Source of the DNA: a virus
Length of the DNA stretch: 64,000 bases
IMG/VR virus record: IMGVR_UViG_3300028800_000071
Span: 16,796 to 80,795 of that record
Direction: 5' to 3' (one strand)
Shown here: positions 56,625 through 64,000 of the stretch, piece by piece
Layout of the letters: the number at the start of each line of letters is the position of its first letter
Position numbering within the stretch: the first letter of the stretch is position 1
Translations under genes and position numbers: made by a program
Notes under the pieces: generated by a model
Databases searched by the model: none
What the model saw: the letters and a program-made list of their open reading frames with translations, nothing else
What the model was told of the DNA's origin: nothing

Positions 56625-58108
56625 GATACGCCACGGTGTGCAGCGGCATCGGTGCGCCCGAGGTCGCGTTCGGCCAACTCGGTTGGACGTGCGCCTTCGC
56701 ATCGGAGATCGATCGCTTCGCGCGCGCCGTCTATACGCACCATTACCCCGACACGCCGTTGTACGGCGACTTCACCAAGATTACGGAGGAAGAACTTGGA
56801 CGAGCAGGATCAGTTGACGTTCTCATTGCCGGAACTCCATGCCAGGACTTCTCTGTCGCGGGACTTCGAGCGGGGCTTGCTGGAGATCGCGGTAACCTCA
56901 CCATCGAGTTTCTGCGTCTCGTTGAACGACTTGAGCCCCGCTGGCTGGTTTACGAGAACGTGCCCGGACTATTGTCGATTGACGGAGGACGGGCGTTTGG
57001 AATCTTTATCGGGAGCTTGGGGCAACTCGGGTATGGGACCGCTTACCGGATTCTTGACGCTCGACACTTCGGAGTCCCACAACGACGCCGTAGAGTGTTC
57101 CTTGTCGGACATATTGGAGGCGCATGGCAACGTGCCGCAGCGGTACTTTTTGAGCGCCAAAGCCTGTCGCGGTATTCTCAAGAGAGCCGAGAAGCGCGGG
57201 CGCACGCTGCCGCCCTTACTGCAAACAGCGTTGGAGCAGGCGTTGGCGCAGACGACAACTCCGCACAAGCCGGGCACCTCGTAGGACCGTTGCAGGGCGC
57301 ATCGGAACGCGCCGGCCATCGCATCGGTGCCGACGAAGCCGCATCCGGCCAGCTGATCGCGCACACGTTGCGCGGCGACGGCTTCGACGCAAGCGAGGAT
57401 GGCACCGGACGCGGCACGCCCATCGTCGTTGCCGGAACGATCGGTGCCGAAATGGGACGCAATCGCGGCCTTGGCAGCGAGCAAGAGATCGATTTGATCG
57501 TGATCGACCCGAATCAAGTGACGAGCGCCGGCAATCGGTCGAACCCGCAGCCCGGCGATCCGTCGCATCCGCTCCCGGCCGATAAGCCGCCGCTCATTGC
57601 GTTCTCGAATACGGCGGGTGATACGGCGCTTGGCGCCGGCGACGACGCGCCGCCGATCACGGCACGTAAGGGAGATCCCGGCATGATCGCCTTCTCGTCG
57701 AAAGATAACGGGCGCGATGCCGTCGCTGATCTCGCGCCAACGCTTCGCCGCATGGGGCACGACGCCGCCGATCAGAACGGTGGCGGGCAGCTGGCGGTCG
57801 CGTTTCAATGCCACGGCACGAACGTCGGGGAAATGGGCGCCGTGCGATCGGGCAACGGCGGCGTAACGGGCGGCGTGCCGTTCGTCGAGCTCGGCGCCCT
57901 TGCGGGCGTACGACGCCTCACGCCGGTCGAATGCGAGCGCCTCATGAGCTTCCCCGACGGGTACACGGACGTGATCTATCGCAAGAAGCCGGCGGCCGAC
58001 GGCAACCGGCATCGCGCGCTCGGCAACAGCATGGTCGTGAACGTGGTTTCCTGGATTGGGAAACGCATCGAGCTCGTCGAAAGGCTGGCTCATGGCGAGG
58101 CTTCATAA
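56621..58108 (+). CDS. DNA (cytosine-5) methyltransferase, large subunit
   Basis: Motif I CSGIG, IV GTPCQDFS, VI ENVPG, VIII GVPQRRRRVF, C-terminal RRLTPVECERL and ALGNSM. Confidence 0.95.
   Translation: MRYATVCSGIGAPEVAFGQLGWTCAFASEIDRFARAVYTHHYPDTPLYGDFTKITEEELGRAGSVDVLIAGTPCQDFSVAGLRAGLAGDRGNLTIEFLRLVERLEPRWLVYENVPGLLSIDGGRAFGIFIGSLGQLGYGTAYRILDARHFGVPQRRRRVFLVGHIGGAWQRAAAVLFERQSLSRYSQESREARAHAAALTANSVGAGVGADDNSAQAGHLVGPLQGASERAGHRIGADEAASGQLIAHTLRGDGFDASEDGTGRGTPIVVAGTIGAEMGRNRGLGSEQEIDLIVIDPNQVTSAGNRSNPQPGDPSHPLPADKPPLIAFSNTAGDTALGAGDDAPPITARKGDPGMIAFSSKDNGRDAVADLAPTLRRMGHDAADQNGGGQLAVAFQCHGTNVGEMGAVRSGNGGVTGGVPFVELGALAGVRRLTPVECERLMSFPDGYTDVIYRKKPAADGNRHRALGNSMVVNVVSWIGKRIELVERLAHGEAS
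56796..57284 (+). CDS. Nested alternative-frame ORF, M.EcoHK31I beta-subunit-like
   Basis: GGAGGA RBS before TTG at 56796; CSLSDILE...VPQRYFLSAKACRGILKRAEKRG motif. Confidence 0.7.
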   Translation: MDEQDQLTFSLPELHARTSLSRDFERGLLEIAVTSPSSFCVSLNDLSPAGWFTRTCPDYCRLTEDGRLESLSGAWGNSGMGPLTGFLTLDTSESHNDAVECSLSDILEAHGNVPQRYFLSAKACRGILKRAEKRGRTLPPLLQTALEQALAQTTTPHKPGTS

Positions 58109-58309
58109 CTTTGAAGGCTGGACGACAAGTGAGGCGCTCACGATCGCGCAAGCGCACGTGCTCGATATGATGCCCGACGGTGCGCACGGCGAGATCACCG
58201 AAGTTTCGATCTGCCGCGATTGCGAAACGATGCACGTCGAAGCGAACGTCACGCTCATGGGCCGGCCGCGCTTCCTGATCGTCAACCTGTCGGCGGGAGA
58301 TATCGAGCT

Positions 58310-58594
58310 ATGAACGACGACGAGAAGATCATCGGGCATCTGTACGAAAAGGCCGTACAGAACATGAGCGAGGCGATCGCCAAGAACGAGGACGAGCTCA
58401 TGAAACGGATCATTGCCATGTACGGGTACGATCCCGACCCGTCGCCGACGGCGATCTGGCGCAAGCATATCCGTCTTGAGCATCGGCACGTCGGCTTGAA
58501 GATCATCTTCGTTGACGGCACGCCCGTCTGCCGCATCGAAACCGAACCGAGCGAAGATAGCAGATCCTGGATCGTCCGTGTGGTGCTCTGTTGA
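58310..58594 (+). CDS. Hypothetical protein
   Basis: Coupled ORF whose stop abuts the repeat array. Confidence 0.55.
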   Translation: MNDDEKIIGHLYEKAVQNMSEAIAKNEDELMKRIIAMYGYDPDPSPTAIWRKHIRLEHRHVGLKIIFVDGTPVCRIETEPSEDSRSWIVRVVLC

Positions 58595-58596
58595 AA

Positions 58597-59660
58597 TCGG
58601 TAGCCAGAAAGGAAGCGAGAATCATAACCATAGAGCCTAGCCGTTCCCACGGCGGGAACCATAGCAAATGCGCGAGCCACGATAGCCGCGAGAACCATAT
58701 TTCGCGCGCGAGCCAGCGGAGAATAGAGAACCATAGCCTTTGCGCGAGCCACGCTGTTTGTGGGAACCAAAATATAAGTGCGAGACAATAAAATGGCGCG
58801 AACCATTACTCATGATCGAGCCATACACGAAGCGCAAACCAACGCGATGACGCGAGCCACACCACGTGCGAGAACCTAGTACCACGAGCGAGTCAAAGTA
58901 ATCGCTAGAACCAATCGGCATGAACGAGCCAACGCAGGGTGAGAGAACCAACATAAGAGAGCGATCCACACCTGGACGCCTTGAAACAATACACTTGCGA
59001 GAGTCATTTGCTGGCGCGAACCATGGAAAAAGAACGAGACACACTTGTAGAGTGAACCAATGAAGAAGATCGAGACACACAGGTCGTGCGAGAACCAACA
59101 GCAAGGATCGAACCAATGAAAGGGAGAGAACCTATCGCGAGGCGAGCGAGCCTGAAGGCAGAGAGAATCATAGCACCGGCGCGAGCCACGCCCCATCGGC
59201 GAGAACCATATTATGCGCGCGAGCCATATCTAGAGTGAGAACCATCTTCGTAGCGCGAGCCAACGTGAAGTGAGAGAACCAAGGAGGGAAAGCGAGCCGA
59301 CCTGTGTGCGGGAACCAATAAATAAGAGCGAGCCATTCAGGACGATCGAAACAATGATCTTGTGCGAGCCTGTTTGACCTGCGCGAACCATAGAGAGTGT
59401 GCGAGCCTTGGCTCTGGAGAGAACCATAGTAGAGGTGCGAGCCAGGACCCAAGCGCGAACCGTACGATCAGAACGAGCCAATATGTTCGGCGTGAACCAA
59501 TTCTAATGCGCGAGCCATCAAGAAAGAGCGAACCATTCGAAGCAGCGCGAGACAAAAGCTCCGTGAGAATCAGACCGCCCGATCGAGCCAATAGCTCCGC
59601 GCGAACCATCTGACACGGCGCGATCCATAACGAACGAGCGAACCATAATCCTAGCGAACT
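58597..59660 (+). ncRNA. TIGR-like tandem interspaced guide-RNA array (~29 units of ~36 nt)
   Basis: 58 short repeats counted by hand, alternating GNGCGAGCCA and GNGNGAACCA, separated by variable 7-10-nt (mostly 8-nt) spacers. Period 18/36 nt; directly upstream of a Nop-domain gene. Confidence 0.88.
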
Positions 59661-59696
59661 CTTTTCAACACAACACAGATTGAAAGGGAATCCAAA

Positions 59697-60545
59697 ATGA
59701 TCCAAAACGAAGAAGGCCTTTTGAACTCCGACGCCCTGATCGAAAAGCTCGGGCGCGATCTCAAGAGAGCCGCAGCAGGCTTCACACGTAACGAAGCCCG
59801 CTTTATCGTCGAACTGCATTACGATATGCAATCCTTCCGCATCGAAAGCCAAGGCCGCGTCCGAGCTCTCGGTGAAGCCGGCGCCCCGATCGAAACGCTG
59901 CAATACTTCCTGCGGCAAATGGAACTGATCGAAGTCGCCTCCGCAGCGGTGCTCGATTCCTACAGCGCCGCCAATCCGCTCGGGCGATGGGCGCGCGAGA
60001 TCCTCGGCATCGGACCGAAGTTCGCCGCCGGCCTGCTTGCGCATATCGACATTCCCAACGCCAAGACGGCCGGGCAAATCTGGGCCTTCGCCGGCCTCGA
60101 TCCGACGCGCGAGTGGAAGAAGGGCGAGAAGCGTCCATGGAACGCGCGCCTCAAAAAACTCTGCTGGCTGATCGGCGAATCGTTCGTCAAAGTGAGCGGC
60201 AACGAGAACGCCTTCTATGGCCAACTCTATAAGCAGCGCAAGGCGTACGAGACGGCTAAGAACGAGGCCGGCGACTACGCCGAGCTCGCGGCGTCGATCT
60301 TGGAGAAGAAGAACTACAGCGCCGATACGACGGCGAAAGCCGAGTACCAAAAGGGACGGCTACCAAAGGCGCATATCCACGCTCGCGCCAAGCGCTATGC
60401 CGTCAAACTGTTCCTGGCGCATTACTTCGAGGTCGGCTGTAAGCTCGCCGGCCGCACGCCGCCGATACCCTATCCGGTCGCGCACCAAAACCACGCGCAT
60501 TACATTGCGCCGCCCGGCATCGATCACGTGGAGGCCGTCGCATGA
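59697..60545 (+). CDS. Nop/IS110-C-terminal-like RNA-binding protein without nuclease (TasA-like)
   Basis: Coiled coil (YDMQSFRIESQGRVRAL), then ILGIGPKFAAGLLAHI, QIWAFAGLDP, WNARLKKLCW-IGESFVK, FYGQLYKQRKAYE, HIHARAKRYAVKLFL. No DEDD/RuvC or HNH domain; GAAAGGGA RBS. Confidence 0.85.
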   Translation: MIQNEEGLLNSDALIEKLGRDLKRAAAGFTRNEARFIVELHYDMQSFRIESQGRVRALGEAGAPIETLQYFLRQMELIEVASAAVLDSYSAANPLGRWAREILGIGPKFAAGLLAHIDIPNAKTAGQIWAFAGLDPTREWKKGEKRPWNARLKKLCWLIGESFVKVSGNENAFYGQLYKQRKAYETAKNEAGDYAELAASILEKKNYSADTTAKAEYQKGRLPKAHIHARAKRYAVKLFLAHYFEVGCKLAGRTPPIPYPVAHQNHAHYIAPPGIDHVEAVA

Positions 60546-60902
60546 AAAAGGAACTCGCAACCGGCTTCTTCATGATCGCGATGGCGGCGTCGATCGCCGG
60601 GTTGGCCGTGATCGCAACGATCGCCATTACGGCGGGAGGGCATCGCTAATGCTGACCTTCACGCTGCCAGACGGCACGAAGCGTATCTTCCCCGAGAGCA
60701 ACGACGACGTGCATACGAAAGTGATCGTCCTGTTCTACAACGCCGACGGCTGGAACTTTCATTGGGAAGATACGACCGCCACACTAGCGCGCGGCGTCGG
60801 GTACGATTCGGCCTGCCGTTTTAACGGCGGCAAAGTCAACGGCAATCAGATCGAGTTCGATACGCCGGAAGGCAAATACACGCTGACCTGGGGAGATAAA
60901 TA

Positions 60903-61181
60903 ATGGCCGTACAGTTAGACGTCGAGCGCCTCATGAGCGTCGTCGATGCTATCCGCGAGCACAACGCCATGGATTGGGCCGAAGTTGGCAAGGCGATCGA
61001 CGTATCGCCGTCAACGCTCGCGCGCATGGAGAAAGGCGAGCAGCCGAACGTCACGACGCTCTGCCGGCTGCTGCGTTGGTCGAATATCGACGTGCGCAAA
61101 TATATCTCCGACGTTACGCAAGCCGAGCTCGTACCAACGCCGGCGATGGCGGAAGGCGGCGACGCAAATGGCGGCGACTGA
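60903..61181 (+). CDS. XRE-family HTH regulator
   Basis: WAEVGKAIDVSPSTLARMEKGEQPNVTTLCRLLRW. Confidence 0.85.
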   Translation: MAVQLDVERLMSVVDAIREHNAMDWAEVGKAIDVSPSTLARMEKGEQPNVTTLCRLLRWSNIDVRKYISDVTQAELVPTPAMAEGGDANGGD

Positions 61182-61629
61182 GCCGCTTGCCGAAGCCTTC
61201 GAGCCTTGTTATGCGTGCGATGGCAAAGGGTGGCGGGATCTCACCGATCTGCCGCCCGGCGCCCCCGTTCGCCGGGTTCGCCAGCCGATCGACGAGCTCG
61301 GGTATCGCGTCGGGTGCGATCGGTGTAACGATACCGGATCGCTCCAGCGCGTGAAGCCCGGCGATTATTGGTACGCATGGAGCAACGCGATCGGTGGTGC
61401 ATACAAGGGATGCCGTCTAACGGTGCTCGTGCTCGCCATCGTTGACGGGCTGTATCGCGCTCGCGTTTGGCAAGCGTCGGGAGAGTGTTATGACGAGTGG
61501 CTTCCGCGGTCGTGGTTCGATGGCATCGGGCTGCAACTGTGCTGCCGAATGGAATCAAAGGGGTGCCACTTCAATCACAAACGGTATCGGTATTGGTTCC
61601 CGTCGCCGGCATTCGGAGGGCCGCCATGA
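61168..61629 (+). CDS. Hypothetical protein with CxxCxGxG zinc motifs
   Basis: CYACDGKG and CDRCNDTG. Confidence 0.55.
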   Translation: MAATEPLAEAFEPCYACDGKGWRDLTDLPPGAPVRRVRQPIDELGYRVGCDRCNDTGSLQRVKPGDYWYAWSNAIGGAYKGCRLTVLVLAIVDGLYRARVWQASGECYDEWLPRSWFDGIGLQLCCRMESKGCHFNHKRYRYWFPSPAFGGPP

Positions 61630-61933
61630 AGGTGCGCGTCACCGAGGAAATGGTGCGGCGGTTTTGCGAGGCGAACGCGATCGCAGGGCATGGTTCCCCG
61701 TGCGATTGCGATGGCGAATACCATAAAGGCATCCGCGCTGGCCTGAGAGCCGTTCTCTCGGGTGTCGGCGAGCTCTGCTCTCCTCGGTTCTGCGAATGCA
61801 AAAAGCCCGAGCCCGATCCGACCTATCACAATCGTTGCAAGGCCGTCGTTCGTCCAGCGCGCGACCCGATGGATGGCCGATTCTGTTACGGGTTCATTCG
61901 CGGCGTATCGGAACGTCGTGATGGGAGGAAAAA

Positions 61934-62374
61934 GTGAAGCATCTACTCGCGAGCGGCTGCATATCGCAGGTCACGCTCGACTTCAAATGGCGCAAGCGCA
62001 TCATCGTCCCGAACCCCGAGCGATTCATCTTCGAGCCAGCAGGCGATACGCGCCTCGTGGTCATTCACGGCCGTATCACGGTCTGGAAAATCACGACGCA
62101 TATCCTGAGCCGATCGTTCGAACAAAAGTTCGGCGATCTGCCGTGGTGCGAAAGCATGATCACCGTGGGACCCGGCGTCGTCATCCGGCGCCTCGTCCTC
62201 GACCCCGAGCAACTGCCGACCATGCTGCGCGTCGATCAGATCTACGATCGCGCCGAGCAAGATATCAACAGCGTGCGCTTTTACGGTATCCAAAGCATGG
62301 TCGTCGAGAGCGATATCATCAAGAAGGTCGCAGCCTTTATTGTCGTCGCAAGGCGACGGGAGAATATTGCATGA
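61934..62374 (+). CDS. Hypothetical protein
   Basis: GGAGG RBS; coupled. Confidence 0.55.
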   Translation: MKHLLASGCISQVTLDFKWRKRIIVPNPERFIFEPAGDTRLVVIHGRITVWKITTHILSRSFEQKFGDLPWCESMITVGPGVVIRRLVLDPEQLPTMLRVDQIYDRAEQDINSVRFYGIQSMVVESDIIKKVAAFIVVARRRENIA

Positions 62375-63400
62375 CTAAGGCTCCGCAGCAGCCGTTGACG
62401 CGAGCAGACCTTCCCATCGAGTTGCGGATAAACGCAGACCGAGAGGCTTGTCCGGCCTACGCGAGAGGTTTGATGCGCGAAGCCGCAGCCGCGTTGGAAC
62501 GCCTCCAATCAACGCTCGATAGACAAAAGATACTAATAAAACAGCAGCGCGAGATAATAGACCGCGCCTATAACCCACAACACTAAGACTTTACGGCATC
62601 AAAGCCGCCATCGCCAGCGCCAAGAAAGAGGGAAGCTAAAATGGAACGTGTTGACGCGCTACAAACAGAATGCTTAATCACACAAGGTAAGCTGGACGAA
62701 ATGCGGCAGGCGGCCAAGACTGTAGACTCCAGGAGCCTTCGAAAAGTTTTTGCAATGGCGGATGAGGACAAGCCGCAATATGTTGAGCAGTTGGTTTGGT
62801 TATTAGATAAAATCGAGGAGATTTGCAAGCGATGACCCGCAAAGAAGCAGCACGGCGATTCCAGGCGCTGCAACAGCAGAATGACGAGATGCGTGCGTTG
62901 CTTATCGCTATCGAGCCGCGCTGCGAATACGTCGGCTGCGAGAGGCCGGGGCCACACGTTACGCACACCATCGGTGGAAGCGCGTCGGCAACCCCAGCAC
63001 AGCAACAAGCGGGTAGTCCCAAGAAGAAAAGTGAGGAATAGAAACGTGATTAGGTTTTTCGCCCGCGTGTTTTGCGGGATTTTCGGGCACCGTTACGGCC
63101 TCGCGCCGGGGTATCCATCCGCAACAGACGACCGCATTTACGAGTGCAAGACTTGGGGTTGTCGGGATTGGCACGGATGAGCAACACCAACGCCCCCTAC
63201 ACCTCCAAGGCCCATTTTCATATCGTAGCGGGACCCGAGTCCCAGTTCGTTTCGTCGCCCATCGCGACGTTGCGTAAAGCAAGGAATCGTTTAGTGGCGG
63301 TAAAAAGCCCGAAACATATCGTTGAGTGTAGCGCCGCCACAAGGGCCGATTTCTGCGAAAGCGTTTTTGACGGTTCTATTCTTCGAGCGAAGGTGGTTAC

Positions 63401-63706
63401 ATGAGCTACACCTCCGAGGACCTTACTGCGCTCCCGAAGATTGCGGAGCGGTTGCGAAACAATATGCCGCACAATCATATTGGCGACCCCGCTGGACTGG
63501 GCGACCCGATTCTCTACTGCACAAGTTGTTGCGAAAGGCGCGAAGCCGCATCCGCGCTACTCAAGGCACACGCTGAGATAGTGAGGTTGCAGGGGCGGCT
63601 AACGAGCGTTACCGCGTTCGCTGATAGATGGGACGCAGACGGCGTGATAGGCACAGCCGAGTGGTGTGAACTGCGCCAAACCGCAAGCCGCTTGGAGGGC
63701 AAATAA
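63401..63706 (+). CDS. Hypothetical protein
   Basis: Coupled ORF in the lower-GC tail region. Confidence 0.5.
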   Translation: MSYTSEDLTALPKIAERLRNNMPHNHIGDPAGLGDPILYCTSCCERREAASALLKAHAEIVRLQGRLTSVTAFADRWDADGVIGTAEWCELRQTASRLEGK

Positions 63707-63891
63707 TGCATGAAATGACGCTTCGTTATATTGCGGGATTCTCGCTATTGGTAGCGGTTCTGTTGGCGCTATTTTGCCCCGTAATAGCCCAGGCACTATG
63801 GATTTTGAAGAAACGTTTGGACGCTCATAGCCTACAAAAAAGCGCAAGGTATTCTCCACCCAAAGACGACCCGCGCTTGGAGGGCAAATAA
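63706..63891 (+). CDS. Small membrane protein flanked by 20-bp direct repeats
   Basis: One TM helix; CGCTTGGAGGGCAAATAATG at both ends. Confidence 0.5.
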   Translation: MHEMTLRYIAGFSLLVAVLLALFCPVIAQALWILKKRLDAHSLQKSARYSPPKDDPRLEGK

Positions 63892-64000
63892 TGGCTGCTG
63901 ATGAGTTTTGTAATCCGAAGAAGTTTTTATGGTGGACGTACTCGGCCCACGACTGGCAAGATTTTCAAGGCATGAACTGGGATTTGCCCGGCTATTCCCG

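Noticed and set aside
58282-59613. ORFs predicted across the array (for example 58591-58791, 58637-59116, 59168-59452, 59362-59613)
   Set aside because: Their periodic REP/GSR/LAR content just reflects the 18-nt repeat. Spacer-length changes break frames and there are no RBSs.
58597-59660. CRISPR array
   Set aside because: Repeats are ~10 nt, of two alternating types, with ~8-nt spacers, far from CRISPR dimensions. No cas genes are present.
59697-60545. IS110-family transposase / insertion sequence
   Set aside because: Lacks the N-terminal DEDD RuvC-like domain, and the AGLxP motif is not followed by the catalytic SG. Only the Nop-like part is present, next to a guide-like array.
1-64000. 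Integrase, terminase, tRNA or rRNA genes
   Set aside because: None recognised by eye. They may lie outside the window, so lifestyle cannot be fixed from this sequence alone.

Overview
This window is about 64 kb of a GC-rich tailed phage (or prophage/phage-plasmid) with a contractile, myovirus-type tail. Left to right: (1) 1-24.8 kb, a rightward virion operon (probable portal fragment, scaffold, major capsid, head-tail genes with an embedded CheY-like receiver, beta-helix protein, sheath, tube, frameshifted chaperone, tape measure, baseplate, fibre-position proteins that carry signal peptides); (2) 25-33.6 kb, lysis and accessory structural genes; (3) 33.8-35.6 kb, ParB-N plus an ABC-ATPase/GNAT fusion, followed by a TCAGACGC motif cluster containing a Gram-positive-type LexA box; (4) 36-47 kb, a leftward operon of small genes including a beta sliding clamp, ASCH and SWIM proteins, many preceded by the same CCGTAGGAGAA motif; (5) 47.3-64 kb, a rightward operon with an HTH, KTSC, AAA_24 ATPase, an oriC-like DnaA-box/DnaA-trio cluster, secreted proteins, RusA, a Mom-like protein and a C5 methyltransferase with a nested alternative-frame gene. 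The top finding is at 58.6-60.5 kb: a ~1.05 kb non-coding array of about 29 units of ~36 nt, in which two alternating 10-nt repeats (..GAGCCA / ..GAACCA) are separated by mostly unique ~8-nt spacers. It lies directly upstream of a Nop/IS110-related protein that has no nuclease or recombinase domain, which is the architecture of an RNA-guided TIGR-Tas (TasA-type) system. I recognised no terminase, integrase, tRNA or CRISPR array. All calls are from reading the sequence; no database searches were run.
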